IMG/VR virus record: IMGVR_UViG_3300046532_001253
Location: 1 to 61,767 of that record
Strand: one strand, 5' to 3'
Source of the DNA: a virus
Taxonomy: Duplodnaviria; Caudoviricetes
DNA length: 61,767 bases
Of the stretch, positions 41,201-50,653 are shown one piece after another. Made by a program: the position numbers and the translations under genes. How positions within the stretch are numbered: position 1 is the stretch's first letter; the number at the start of each line of letters is the position of its first letter. The notes below the pieces were generated by a model, which searched no databases, had not been told where the DNA came from, and saw only the letters and a program-made list of their open reading frames with translations.

Positions 41201-41713
41201 ACCTACAGTTTGTGAATCAACTAACGCACCATTTAAAATAGTATTAAACTGTTCTTGCCAGTTATCGTTGCTTGGATCATCCCAACTAATAATTAAATTA
41301 GATAAGTCTGTGCCGTTACTATCATATACTTGTTCGGTTGTTGTAAGACTTTCAATCTTTAATAAGCCGTTACTAGTAATGTTACGTTTAGGGTTGTAAT
41401 TAATTAAACGTGCAAGTTTAAGTACGCTGTCACGTCGTTCGGCTGTATCAATGAAATTTTCACGTGCATTTAAGTCAGTACGGAAAGCAAGAGTTTGGCC
41501 TAGGAATGCAATTAAGTCAATTAAGGCAATGTATTCACTTGATTCAGTGAAATCGTTAAAATCTTCAGGATAGTATGTACGCAAGTAATCAATCATAGTC
41601 TTGCGTAGAGTTTCAAAATCGTAACTTTGGAAGTCCGCTTCTTTGAAAGTCTCGTAGACTTTGGTCCAGTCTTGCTGTACTAATAAACTGGTTTGTCTGT
41701 CGTTCAGCGCCAT
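38294..41713 (-). CDS. Baseplate wedge subunit (T4 gp6-like)
   Basis: DFETLRKTMIDYL...FNDF..SS...LIDLIAF...ENFIDTA.RRDSV..LA...Y.P; ETLSEIRQKAP...QNRMITGEDY. Confidence 0.88.
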   Translation of the reverse strand: MALNDRQTSLLVQQDWTKVYETFKEADFQSYDFETLRKTMIDYLRTYYPEDFNDFTESSEYIALIDLIAFLGQTLAFRTDLNARENFIDTAERRDSVLKLARLINYNPKRNITSNGLLKIESLTTTEQVYDSNGTDLSNLIISWDDPSNDNWQEQFNTILNGALVDSQTVGKSGNTQVINGIRTQEYTLRILENIMPVFRFSTEVEGSQLDFEAITPTSVDQTYLYEKEPAPTGLFNILYRTDNLGNSSNNTGFFVYFKQGTLNSVDFNINDALPNRGVNIDFNDINNQDVWLYKLNSDGSIGNRWTQVPAINGINIAYNNEVERNLYQVVTRNDDQITLSFGDGSFANIPQGGFRLFYRQSVGASYKITPDEIQNVNIPISYIDRNGRTATLTVKVSLQYTVANSSPRETLSEIRQKAPQQYYTQNRMITGEDYNIFPYTAFSNIQKVKATNRSSSGVSRFLDVVDVTGKYSSTNIFSADGLLYRDEYIKTTNFTYQTVNEIFNVIYNTISPILKDKPVQHLHYDKSDRFNLSQLSWPISGGTSVTDLTWSFSSASTNKSIGYITGPDSSDTDGLPFVTMPIGTGISGILKNILPGAIIKFGAGTGNYFDARNKIKAGVVSKDKDRTFIYASVTGVNQTTNAITISETVPTKAIPLEIIPVFKSVLSDSLINQMVTLVKIYKNFALRYDTTINGWALIDSSDIGSNIYDNTNAGNTDGLGKDASWIVKLIYTGTEYVISYRGLDYYFESKAETKFYFDENAKVFDSKSGKTQNDEITVLKFNSQADSAYPLAQNLTWNVYKSIIASDGYRDNSKVLVTFPDFDNDGVPDNPDLFNLIVASAVNSTEKYVFLKKTQSTTSFDQFSPVTYSDIVIDSNLESIKLSLDSYLTGQIFYAYTNKSFYELSINSANIRSVTDVTANYKAYVGRDTLNFQYKHTSPNNRRIDPSPNNLMDIFVLTKQYATDYTAFITDTTNVLTLPLAPTQEELKSEFATLENFKAMSDTIIYNSAKFKPVFGSLSDVALKAKFKVVKNPNMIISDSDVKTRVINAINAYFDINNWDFGETFYFSELSAFLHSQLTPELASIIIVPNNSSAQFGNLYQINAEPDEILISCATVDDVDVITSITASQLNQATVITV

Positions 41714-41750
41714 ATTAAGTTACACCCTAAATAATACATTGTTATTCTAT

Positions 41751-41757
41751 TATTTAT
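41751..41757 (-). promoter_or_regulatory. T4-type late promoter box (ATAAATA)
   Basis: Intergenic, ~40 nt upstream of ATG 41713. Confidence 0.6.
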
Positions 41758-41778
41758 GTGTTTTAAAAACGGCGTAGA

Positions 41779-42153
41779 TTAAGATTGGGCGGAGAGGCCA
41801 GAGTCTCTGTCAAAGCTAAGAACTAACCGCTCTTGCTGACTAGTTGTGACATATTCTATGTCAATTTCAAGTTGGAGGCCAGTATCGTACTGGTCAATAG
41901 TAATGTCTACTACTTGTGTTCTTGGATCGTAGTTAACAATTTTAGTTACATCGTCAATGATAATACCTCGAATCTCATCTGTAATTGGTTCATATAAGCA
42001 ATTCCAAATAATTGATCCAAATTCTGGGTTCATTAGCTTTTCACCACGGCGGATAGCAAAGTGATTAAGTAGGTCTTGCTTAACAAGTGCTACATCTGTC
42101 ACTCTGAACTTTTTATAACGCCCAACGGTACTAAAACCTTTATATCTTGCCAT
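41779..42153 (-). CDS. Baseplate wedge subunit (GPW/gp25 family)
   Basis: IRRGEKLMNPEFGS...LYEP...YDPR signature. Confidence 0.9.
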   Translation of the reverse strand: MARYKGFSTVGRYKKFRVTDVALVKQDLLNHFAIRRGEKLMNPEFGSIIWNCLYEPITDEIRGIIIDDVTKIVNYDPRTQVVDITIDQYDTGLQLEIDIEYVTTSQQERLVLSFDRDSGLSAQS

Positions 42154-42176
42154 TGTTTTTCCTATTAACTATATAG

Positions 42177-42183
42177 TATTTAC
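42177..42183 (-). promoter_or_regulatory. Late promoter variant (GTAAATA)
   Basis: Intergenic, ~25 nt upstream of the gp25 ATG. Confidence 0.45.
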
Positions 42184-42189
42184 CTAAAA

Positions 42190-44469
42190 TTATGCTGAGG
42201 CTTGGTTAACTGCATGCTGACCTCTATTGAAATACGCAATGCCAGTAGTTCCGTTTGCATCTTGTCCGCCGCCTCCGTTGCGCCAGGACTTTGCTCCACC
42301 TGCACCTAATAAATGAGCAGTTTGTAACATGCCGCCAACGGTGCCAGCATCGTCCCCAGTTCGTAATCCCCCAATACGCTTTAATGTTTTGGAATTTGAA
42401 ACTAGTAAGTTATCCATAACCTGTTCTTGTACTGCACTATTAGCTAAGAAATCTCCTTGATTTGTAATACCTAACTTATGTGCTTTAGAAGTCCAAGCCG
42501 CAGGATGCAATGCGGCTTTGTTACCATATTTTTTAACAAACTCAGGGCGTAGTAATCCTTGGTCTTGTAACACTGCTCCACCAACTTGGTATCGACCTAA
42601 ATAATTAAATTGATTAACAGCACCATAATCTCCCCTTGATTCATTGTGAGAAATTTGAGCTTTAAGTGCTTGTGTTTGCTCAGGAGATAATCCGCCAACT
42701 CCAATTGTAACTGGAGGTGCATCTTTACTACTCAAATCGCTAGGAACAATGCCATCTGTACGGGCAACACCTGCAGAACTAGTAGTAGCATCGTTACTAG
42801 AAGTAGTTTGAACTGGTGATTTAGCCGACGGCTTACCAGTTGCATCTGCTCTTGCAATAGGAGTTTTGCTTCCACTTGCCGCTGAACTAGCTGTATTTGT
42901 AGGTTTATTGTTAGTAGCAGATCCAAATCCACCAGCTATAGTACCTTTTGTTTCAGCAAAACCAACTACGTCTTTTCTTGCTAACGAAGCGGCTTCTAAT
43001 ACTTGTCCTACTACAAAGCCAGTATCTGTAACAGCTTGCCCTGTTTGTCTAATCCACGGCTCATGTGCTGGAACAACACTATTAATACTAATATTTGAAT
43101 TTGTTTTAGTTGTCCAAATTGACTTCTCATCAATTCGAGTTACATCATCGTGGTAGAATTTTTTAAGGTTGCCTGGATCAGGAACTGTTGGCCCTTTGGC
43201 AGTATTTAGATCTATTGTTGAACCCCATAAGTTCATTGGGCCGCCTGCTGTAGTATCAATTTTTGCTCCAGCACTAGTTACAATGTTTCCTGAAGCACCA
43301 ATGGATATTTGTCCGCTGTACTGTGTCAATGCTACATTTGATTTAAGTGTTAGATTTGCTTGGCTATCTAATGCAATATTGCCATCAGCGTGAACGTTAA
43401 AGTTCTTCTTAGTGTGCATATTAATGTTTCCATCGGCATGGAAATTCATTTCTTTTTCTGTACGTACATGAATTCCACCATATGCATAAATCATCAATTG
43501 ACCGTCGCCGGCTAATTCCATCCATACACTACCATTGCCATTAATAATATTAATTAACTTATTGTCATCGCTCATTAAGATCTGATGACCTGCACTTGAC
43601 CGTAATCTTAATACTTGGTTTTCAGCATTATTATCCCCGTCGTCCATAATAAAACTATGTCCGCCTCGGCGTTGTCTTATAGCATAATCTTCTTCTGACA
43701 ACTTGCCTTCATTTAATTTTGTTATGTAATCAGGAGCAAGTGTTGGATCTTGAGTAGGTCTACCTGGGGTGCTAATACCAAACACATTACTTGGTGTTTC
43801 TCTTTGGCTACTTGATGTTATAGGACCTCTAACAATATCTCCGTCGAGTCCTTGATTAATTAAAATATCGGCTTGATATTCATGCACTGAACGTTTATTT
43901 TGTAAGTACGTATCACTAATGTTTTCTTTAATATTTTGGTTAAACTCGCCAGCTGGTTGTGTTCTGCCTGCCGCTATACTTGCGGTCACCGCACTAAAGT
44001 CGGGGGAAGAAGGTACTGTGGATGTGTCTAAAGTACCTTCGTCAAACGAAGCATTAACACCTGGTAAACCATTATGAGACAAATGCTTGTCTATGCAAGC
44101 AAACCAATAACCACGCCCTGGATCACCCGCAACAAACGTACATAGTACTTCGTTGCCAATGTCAGGCGGCACCATCCACATACCATAAGTATGATGTACT
44201 TTATCATGAGCAGTTATTTCTGAAGATTCTGGCTGGAACGTACTACCAAAGAACGGACTTGCATAAACTAGTGTACGCCAGTTCTGGACTTCATCTTCTG
44301 CGCCTCCTAGGTCGGGAATATATACTTGGAGACGTCCACTTCGTGTAGGATCTAGGTTATTTTTAATAACACCAACAAACGGTCCTGGATCAGTAATTTG
44401 GCCTCCAGATTTTGTTTTATCTGCCCAATCTGCAACTCTATTACCGCCGCCTCTTCTTCCCACTGACAT
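42190..44469 (-). CDS. Baseplate central spike (gp5/VgrG-like) with C-terminal lysozyme-fold domain
   Basis: OB-fold DPTRSGRLQV...PDIGNEV; GHSFIMDD / GHQILMSD beta-helix start; C-terminal ESRGDYGAVN...LGRYQ...HLLGAGG. Confidence 0.8.
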   Translation of the reverse strand: MSVGRRGGGNRVADWADKTKSGGQITDPGPFVGVIKNNLDPTRSGRLQVYIPDLGGAEDEVQNWRTLVYASPFFGSTFQPESSEITAHDKVHHTYGMWMVPPDIGNEVLCTFVAGDPGRGYWFACIDKHLSHNGLPGVNASFDEGTLDTSTVPSSPDFSAVTASIAAGRTQPAGEFNQNIKENISDTYLQNKRSVHEYQADILINQGLDGDIVRGPITSSSQRETPSNVFGISTPGRPTQDPTLAPDYITKLNEGKLSEEDYAIRQRRGGHSFIMDDGDNNAENQVLRLRSSAGHQILMSDDNKLINIINGNGSVWMELAGDGQLMIYAYGGIHVRTEKEMNFHADGNINMHTKKNFNVHADGNIALDSQANLTLKSNVALTQYSGQISIGASGNIVTSAGAKIDTTAGGPMNLWGSTIDLNTAKGPTVPDPGNLKKFYHDDVTRIDEKSIWTTKTNSNISINSVVPAHEPWIRQTGQAVTDTGFVVGQVLEAASLARKDVVGFAETKGTIAGGFGSATNNKPTNTASSAASGSKTPIARADATGKPSAKSPVQTTSSNDATTSSAGVARTDGIVPSDLSSKDAPPVTIGVGGLSPEQTQALKAQISHNESRGDYGAVNQFNYLGRYQVGGAVLQDQGLLRPEFVKKYGNKAALHPAAWTSKAHKLGITNQGDFLANSAVQEQVMDNLLVSNSKTLKRIGGLRTGDDAGTVGGMLQTAHLLGAGGAKSWRNGGGGQDANGTTGIAYFNRGQHAVNQASA

Positions 44470-44484
44470 ATTAAGTATCCTAAC

Positions 44485-47166
44485 TTATGTTATTATATTT
44501 TTTGCTGTGCCGGTAATAATTGGAGCATTATCTGTTTCCGGACTTCCGGCGTTGCTTGAAATAACACCGTCAATGTCAACTCCATCAACAAAACTTGCTA
44601 ACTGCATTAAATCTGATTTTGCACCTGCTACACCAACACCTTCGTTAAATTTGTTTACTAAATTCAATCCTGATTGCACTACGCCAGACCCTACTCCAGC
44701 AAACTGCTGGATATCTGCCAGTCTAGTTCCTGTGCCTATTGCTCCGGTTAATTCATCAATTGATCCAGGTAGTACATTACTAATTCCAGGAATACCAAGG
44801 TTGGATGTAAAAGATGTTGACAAGTCTGCTACTTTATCAGACAATGCTCCTAATCCTCCGCCAAGGTCAGAAACTAATCCACCTTGAACTTTAGATTTAA
44901 TAGCATCAAGACTCGATGGTTCAGGTAGTCCTGGTGTTTTCCCAAGGCTATCTTTAATACTGCTAGTGTTCGCTCCACCTATTTCAATTGGTTTTTTAAC
45001 AGTTAGAGGTGCAATTGGTTTAACTCGTGTACTTACCTTTCTGCCTTTCAGGAAGGACTGGTCTCGTTCTGGGTTTTTAGTATCAGCGGATTCTAATTTA
45101 TATGATCTAATTAGATCAACACTTTGTTTAAATTGTCCTTGTCTAAACGTACTTGTAACTCCAAGTATTCTGTACATACCACTAAAGGCACTTTCTTTAT
45201 ATTTGCCATCATTGCGTATTAAACCTGTTTCGGGTTCAATGTCGGTTGGCGTTCGCCATCGAACTAATGCATACAATTCACCTTTGTCCATTGCTAAACT
45301 ACCGGTATTACCAACGTATGATCCAGCGGTGTCATCGTTGTAACTACTTTGAGAAGGATTAACAAACACGTCATCTTGTTTAATAAAGTCAGGATCGCCA
45401 ATAATGTCTACTTGAACATTAAGCATGTCTGCTTTAGAGTTTTGATAAAGATTTTTTTGAATGTCATTTATCGTAATTGATCGTGTGTCGGATTCTGTAT
45501 CGGCACCACTGGCGTTCACGTCGCCAGCAATGGGCTCAACCCGCGTCGGAAAGACCTTGTTCGCTCCACCGTCAGGATTTTTTACCTCAGTTGTGTTAGC
45601 TTCTTTACCACCAGGTGTTATAGTACTTGTTTGGGCAGAACTTCTATTAATAGTAACAACATTATAATAAAGAGCATTGAATTGAATCTTAAAATCAATT
45701 ACATCTCTATTCCTGCCGCTATACAAATAATCATATGTTTTATGATAGTACGTTGGTGTTGTTTTAGGTCCGTGTGGATGTTTAGTATCAGTAACAATAT
45801 ATTGTATAACATTATACTGAATAATTTTAGAAAATCTATTAGCCTTTTCGTCAAACTCTCCAAGTTTTATAGAAGGAATAACCTTATACCATTTAAAGGG
45901 TTTATTAAGTGCTTTGGCAACTTCCTCTGGAGTCATCTTTTTTACGTTAATACTTTTGTCATCAAGTAACTGTCCGGTAACATAGTCACTGTTACGCATA
46001 ACCATATCAATTGTTTTTTCAATGGTAGTTCCTGCATTAATACTAAACTCTTTAGAATTAAAATCGGGTCCGGCGCCGCCGGTCCTCTGGGTGGCGCTGG
46101 CTTGTGAAGTTCCCACCCGGGCCAGTTTGGTTTTAGATGCGTCTGTTTTTTCAGGTCTAACAATTTTTGAGTTTGCTATTTCAGTATCAAAGTTAAATAT
46201 AACTTGGTCAGGATGTTCTCTTGCTTTTTCAAGAACTTGATATTTGAACCATTGGTTAATCCCGTTAGCATATGTGTCAACGCTAATTGTTAAGTCTTTA
46301 AGAGATACTTTTGGAGCTGGCTTCATGCTAAGACCACCATTTCCGCCATCGGGTCCGGATACGGCAGCGGCACGAGAATTTTCAGCTCGAGTAGTTGCCT
46401 CGGCTATTTTGTTACCATGGGGATTACCTAATCCTTGTGTTTCTTTAGAAGCAAAAAATTCTGCAACTGTACTTGCGGTTACTTGTAAGTTAACTGGAGT
46501 TGTTGCTATATTAACATCAAATGCTCCGTGGCTATATGGACTTGCTTTAATTTTATATACAGAACCTTTAGTACTTACATCAATTTCCATCGCTAATATG
46601 CGTATTGGGAATCGTTTTGTTGATCCTGGTATAGGTTTAAAGTCAGTTACACCGTCATCGGTGTGACCAAAGAACTCAATTTGTAATAGGTACGGCATAT
46701 CTAAATAGTTCTTAGATCCTACACTAGCACTTCCTTGTACTAACCTGTCAAGAAATGTTAAGCCATACGGCTCAATTAATGTAAAATCAAGATCTAGTAC
46801 ATTACTTGCTTTAGATCTAGCGTTTAGACCAACCATTGTTAATATTTTTAATTCGTCAAAATAGAAATCATCTTTAAACTCTGGATGCCTTCGATCCATA
46901 ACAGGATCATGTTTACCTGCACCTGCAACTATGCAGTTTTTAGGTCTCCAAGCAAACGGCGTTTCACTTAACGTAGTATAATCTTCTTTTGATAACATAT
47001 ACAACGAAAGCCTATATGTATAACTAGCGTAGTTGTGTAATATATTTTCTCTGCCAACTAGGTTAGCTTTGGTTATTGGCGGCTTGGCCTGGGTTTTGTC
47101 TTGGGTTGACGCTTGGGGCGATTGTGCTACCGGGTTTCCTTTTTCGTCTGTAACTTTGAGGCCCAT
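44485..47166 (-). CDS. Baseplate hub protein (gp27/GpD-like)
   Basis: Lies just upstream of the spike gene; IIGDP...FSGMYRILGV..TF.QGQF.Q.VDL.R motif typical of hub proteins. Confidence 0.6.
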   Translation of the reverse strand: MGLKVTDEKGNPVAQSPQASTQDKTQAKPPITKANLVGRENILHNYASYTYRLSLYMLSKEDYTTLSETPFAWRPKNCIVAGAGKHDPVMDRRHPEFKDDFYFDELKILTMVGLNARSKASNVLDLDFTLIEPYGLTFLDRLVQGSASVGSKNYLDMPYLLQIEFFGHTDDGVTDFKPIPGSTKRFPIRILAMEIDVSTKGSVYKIKASPYSHGAFDVNIATTPVNLQVTASTVAEFFASKETQGLGNPHGNKIAEATTRAENSRAAAVSGPDGGNGGLSMKPAPKVSLKDLTISVDTYANGINQWFKYQVLEKAREHPDQVIFNFDTEIANSKIVRPEKTDASKTKLARVGTSQASATQRTGGAGPDFNSKEFSINAGTTIEKTIDMVMRNSDYVTGQLLDDKSINVKKMTPEEVAKALNKPFKWYKVIPSIKLGEFDEKANRFSKIIQYNVIQYIVTDTKHPHGPKTTPTYYHKTYDYLYSGRNRDVIDFKIQFNALYYNVVTINRSSAQTSTITPGGKEANTTEVKNPDGGANKVFPTRVEPIAGDVNASGADTESDTRSITINDIQKNLYQNSKADMLNVQVDIIGDPDFIKQDDVFVNPSQSSYNDDTAGSYVGNTGSLAMDKGELYALVRWRTPTDIEPETGLIRNDGKYKESAFSGMYRILGVTSTFRQGQFKQSVDLIRSYKLESADTKNPERDQSFLKGRKVSTRVKPIAPLTVKKPIEIGGANTSSIKDSLGKTPGLPEPSSLDAIKSKVQGGLVSDLGGGLGALSDKVADLSTSFTSNLGIPGISNVLPGSIDELTGAIGTGTRLADIQQFAGVGSGVVQSGLNLVNKFNEGVGVAGAKSDLMQLASFVDGVDIDGVISSNAGSPETDNAPIITGTAKNIIT

Positions 47167-47387
47167 TAGTTTATTCCTACTAATTTAATATTAGTTGTCT
47201 CGCCATCTGGTCCTGCATTATTAAGATAACTTATTTCTTCAGCGGTTAACCATGCAGTGTCACCTTTAGATAAATCAACAGGTGTTGATACTCCGGCGTG
47301 TATTGAATTACTTCTTACTTGGTCAGCCGCAATATCTCTAGATGCCTGTTCATTATTAACTCGTTTTTCAGCAAACGTATTAGACAT
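47166..47387 (-). CDS. Hypothetical protein
   Basis: 73-aa ORF tightly coupled to its neighbours. Confidence 0.6.
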   Translation of the reverse strand: MSNTFAEKRVNNEQASRDIAADQVRSNSIHAGVSTPVDLSKGDTAWLTAEEISYLNNAGPDGETTNIKLVGIN

Positions 47388-47388
47388 A

Positions 47389-47700
47389 CTATATTCCTAA
47401 GTCATCAACAAGTGTAGTTTTATACGGAACTTTAATCCAAGTGCCCGGAACAAAGTCTAATAGAGGGTTAACTAGTGTGTCGGGATTTCGTTGTGCAAAA
47501 ACCCACCAAAGTCTAGTGTCGCCGTACAAGTCGTAAGCTAACTTCTGTGGTCGATACGCATACCCAGCTTCGATTTGGTAATCCACATCGTCGGCTCGAT
47601 ACGTAAATGGTCTATATTCCAATGTATCTAAATAAGGTCCATACAACTTTGTAGTATAATATGGACTTGTTGGATCATATTCGTGTTTTTTAGTAGCCAT
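47389..47700 (-). CDS. Baseplate wedge protein (gp53/LysM-like)
   Basis: RPQKLAYDLYGDTRLWWVFAQRN...PGTWIKVP. Confidence 0.85.
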   Translation of the reverse strand: MATKKHEYDPTSPYYTTKLYGPYLDTLEYRPFTYRADDVDYQIEAGYAYRPQKLAYDLYGDTRLWWVFAQRNPDTLVNPLLDFVPGTWIKVPYKTTLVDDLGI

Positions 47701-48590
47701 TAAATAAATCCACCTTTAACTAACCTGCCAGCGGCAAAGTCATCTAAGTTAAAATCTTCATGCAATGTACGTCTTGAGTAAATTGGTTGTAATGAAATTT
47801 GAATATTGCTGTTAGTAGGCATTCTTGTATTTCCTGGGCCGTTTGTTGTACCAATATAGTCAACATCATTTGGCATAACATGTGTAAAGTTTGTTACCAC
47901 ACATGGTACATTTGGAAAGTAATGTTGTCCAAATCCATTTAGAAACACCATTGGTGGTGGAGTTCCTGCTCTTTGACTTTTACCAAACCACATCTTAGTA
48001 CATCCACGTAAAAAATATACTACTGCGAGTAAATACTGAGCTTCTGTTTGGGTTTGGCAACTAAATTCACCATCTACTTGGATCGAAGACACTTCTGACC
48101 CCTCGTAGAAGAAAGCGTCATAATTACTATGTGTAAGTTTTTGATTACCGTACCGTGCGGTATGACTTAATGATATAGTTGGGTTGTAAGGAAAAATAAC
48201 ACCTTTGAACCCTTCTGGATTTTTATATAAAGGAGACATAACACCAGCGTTTGCAGGGTCATTATAAAAATATCCTGCTTTTGATGATAATGCAATTTTA
48301 ACTCGCCAGTCAGACCCAGTGGTACCTCCACCTTTGTTACCACCTAATGTTTGATTTGCAGGAGCAAGTGCATTTTTTCCACCGCTGGCACCAAGTAGAC
48401 CTGACATCTTTGCAAGAACTGATTTTACCCCTGGTGGAATCGGCGCATTAATAGCATCCATAGCCGCACCTAGATCGGGCGGTGTTTGTTCACTTATGTT
48501 TGTACCTACATCAGACGAACCAGTAATTACTGTTTTGCCCATGTTAACACCATTTGATGAAATGATGCCATTTTTAAAAACTGTTGCCAT
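47700..48590 (-). CDS. Baseplate tail-tube initiator (gp48/gp54-like)
   Basis: IFPYNPTI...PPPMVFLNGFG...PCVVTNF...MPT..I.L.PI; start refined to ATG 48590 (GAGGAG RBS). Confidence 0.65.
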   Translation of the reverse strand: MATVFKNGIISSNGVNMGKTVITGSSDVGTNISEQTPPDLGAAMDAINAPIPPGVKSVLAKMSGLLGASGGKNALAPANQTLGGNKGGGTTGSDWRVKIALSSKAGYFYNDPANAGVMSPLYKNPEGFKGVIFPYNPTISLSHTARYGNQKLTHSNYDAFFYEGSEVSSIQVDGEFSCQTQTEAQYLLAVVYFLRGCTKMWFGKSQRAGTPPPMVFLNGFGQHYFPNVPCVVTNFTHVMPNDVDYIGTTNGPGNTRMPTNSNIQISLQPIYSRRTLHEDFNLDDFAAGRLVKGGFI

Positions 48591-48619
48591 TATGGTTAAA
48601 TCTCCTCTTGCATTAGTTG

Positions 48620-48626
48620 TATTTAT
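48620..48626 (-). promoter_or_regulatory. T4-type late promoter box heading the baseplate operon
   Basis: ATAAATA ~30 nt upstream of ATG 48590. Confidence 0.6.
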
Positions 48627-48659
48627 CGTGTACAATATGTACATATATTATCATAGGGA

Positions 48660-49619
48660 ATGAATATGAGACACAATTATTTAAACAACAAAGATATACT
48701 CAAAGAGATTGCTAAAAGTAAGAATACTTACTGTAGCTACCTTAATCCTGAGGATTCAGCATACGATATGATCTTACCAGAGCTAAAAAAGATTAATAAA
48801 ACTAATATCTTAGCCGCTCGCAAAGCACGTTGTGAACGACTTGCTAAACTAGCACACGAAGTTGAGGTTAAAAAAGGAATCAAAGTCAAACTTGCTGAAT
48901 TTGCAATTCCTCTTAAAGATGTAGCATCAACTGATGTTGTATTTCGTGTTACTTGCTGGGAACACGTTCCGCAAGAAGTAATTAAACGTAAACCTAAGAA
49001 TAATAAAGAAGTTGGGCTAAAACTCGAAGATAATCAAGACGGTGAAGTAACACTATCGCATGACGAAGCAAATTTGCCAACTAAATTTGTACGTTGTAAG
49101 TTTCCTCCGTTCTACCATTACAAGGTAGACGAAAACAATGTTCCTTATATTGTAGGTAAAAGTCACTGGGAAGGCGGACTTGACAATGGTTGGTTTAGTC
49201 AACAGCACGGCCAGATGACAAATACTTTAGCTAGAATGTTTATGAAACTAGTAGAGCGATATGCTACTCGTAGCAACTGGCGTGGATATACATACAACGA
49301 TGAGATGCGTAGCACGGCTTTATTGCAACTATCGCAAATTGGATTGCAGTTTGATGAATCAAAATCTGCTAACCCGTTTGCTTATTATACAGCCGCAGTT
49401 ACTAATTCGTTTACTCGTGTACTACTTAACGAGAAAAAAGGACAAAATCTTAGAGATGACATTCTAGAAGCAAATGGACTTAATCCAAGTTATACTAGAC
49501 AAGCGGCAAACGAATGGGGCAGTTCTACAAGTAAAGAGCAAAGAGGCGACGAATCAAACCTAGTACCGTTGTCTAAAATGAAACGTCACCCTCAAAAACC
49601 AATCAAGGTTGTTGAATAA
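48660..49619 (+). CDS. Late-transcription sigma factor (T4 gp55-like)
   Basis: NYLNNKDIL; NWRGYTYNDEM...FDESKSANPFAYYT...EKK; sits just upstream of gp47 as in T4-like phages. The start may be 48666. Confidence 0.85.
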   Translation: MNMRHNYLNNKDILKEIAKSKNTYCSYLNPEDSAYDMILPELKKINKTNILAARKARCERLAKLAHEVEVKKGIKVKLAEFAIPLKDVASTDVVFRVTCWEHVPQEVIKRKPKNNKEVGLKLEDNQDGEVTLSHDEANLPTKFVRCKFPPFYHYKVDENNVPYIVGKSHWEGGLDNGWFSQQHGQMTNTLARMFMKLVERYATRSNWRGYTYNDEMRSTALLQLSQIGLQFDESKSANPFAYYTAAVTNSFTRVLLNEKKGQNLRDDILEANGLNPSYTRQAANEWGSSTSKEQRGDESNLVPLSKMKRHPQKPIKVVE

Positions 49620-49636
49620 GCCCGAGGTAACAGGTA

Positions 49637-50653
49637 ATGAACTTATTTAAGAAGGCGGCTGTATTCACCGACATCCATTTTGGACTTAAGAGTAACAGTA
49701 TAGCTCACAACGAAGACTGTCTTAACTTTGTTAAGTGGGCTGTTGCTAAAGCTAAAGAAGAAGGTTGCGAAACATGTATTATGATGGGAGACTGGCATAA
49801 TAACCGAGCAAGTATTAGTTTAATTACATTAAATTATAGCATAAGAGCACTTGAGGAGATGAGTGCTGGGTTTGACCGTGTAATAGTTATCCCAGGTAAT
49901 CATGATTTGTACTATCGAGATAAGCGTGATGTTCAAGGAATTGAATGGGCAAAGCATTTACCTAATGTTGAGCTGATTAACGACTTCCATACAGAAGGTG
50001 ATGTATTAATTGCACCGTGGCTAGTTGGCGATGAACATAAGCGTTTGCCAAAGTTTGGAGCAAAATATTGTTTTGGACACTTTGAACTTCCTGGGTACTT
50101 TATGAATGCAATGGTACAGATGCCTGATTTGGGAGAAATTAATCCTGACCGAGACCTAATGGGATTTGAAGAAGTATTCACTGGACACTTTCATAAGCGT
50201 CAAAGCAAAGGAAATGTAAATTACATTGGTAATGCGTTTCCACACAACTATGCTGATGCTAGTGATGATGCTCGTGGCATGATGATACTAGAATGGGGTA
50301 AACCTTCTGTGTATTATACTTGGGAAGATCAACCAACCTATCGTGTGTATCAACTTGGTGATGTACTTAAGAACCCAGATTCACTTCTGCGGGCCGGCAT
50401 GCATTGTAGAATTACTTTAGATATTGATATCAGTTACGAAGAAGCAACTTTTATCAAAGAAGAGTTTATACCAAAGTATAACCTACGTGAACTTACATTG
50501 ATTCCAAATAAAGACGTTGACCTAAATACTCATGCATTCCAAGGTCAGGTTAAATTCGAAAGTGTTGATCAAATTGTAACACAACAACTTGAAGCAATAT
50601 CAAGTGAACAATACAATCGAAACTTGCTTATGGACATATATAGAAATCTATGA
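49637..50653 (+). CDS. Recombination nuclease subunit (gp47; SbcD/Mre11-like)
   Basis: Metallophosphoesterase motifs DIH, GDWH, GNHD, GHF and GHFH. Confidence 0.93.
   Translation: MNLFKKAAVFTDIHFGLKSNSIAHNEDCLNFVKWAVAKAKEEGCETCIMMGDWHNNRASISLITLNYSIRALEEMSAGFDRVIVIPGNHDLYYRDKRDVQGIEWAKHLPNVELINDFHTEGDVLIAPWLVGDEHKRLPKFGAKYCFGHFELPGYFMNAMVQMPDLGEINPDRDLMGFEEVFTGHFHKRQSKGNVNYIGNAFPHNYADASDDARGMMILEWGKPSVYYTWEDQPTYRVYQLGDVLKNPDSLLRAGMHCRITLDIDISYEEATFIKEEFIPKYNLRELTLIPNKDVDLNTHAFQGQVKFESVDQIVTQQLEAISSEQYNRNLLMDIYRNL

Noticed and set aside
46065-46125. Local GC-rich patch inside the hub gene
   Set aside because: In frame, encodes a Gly/Ala/Thr linker; no convincing hairpin or repeat boundaries.
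92-47000. Many short plus-strand ORFs and alternate-frame ORFs in the track (e.g. 92-382, 4394-4762, 18789-19325, 44507-46666)
   Set aside because: They are shadows of long motif-bearing minus-strand genes and have no recognisable motifs of their own.
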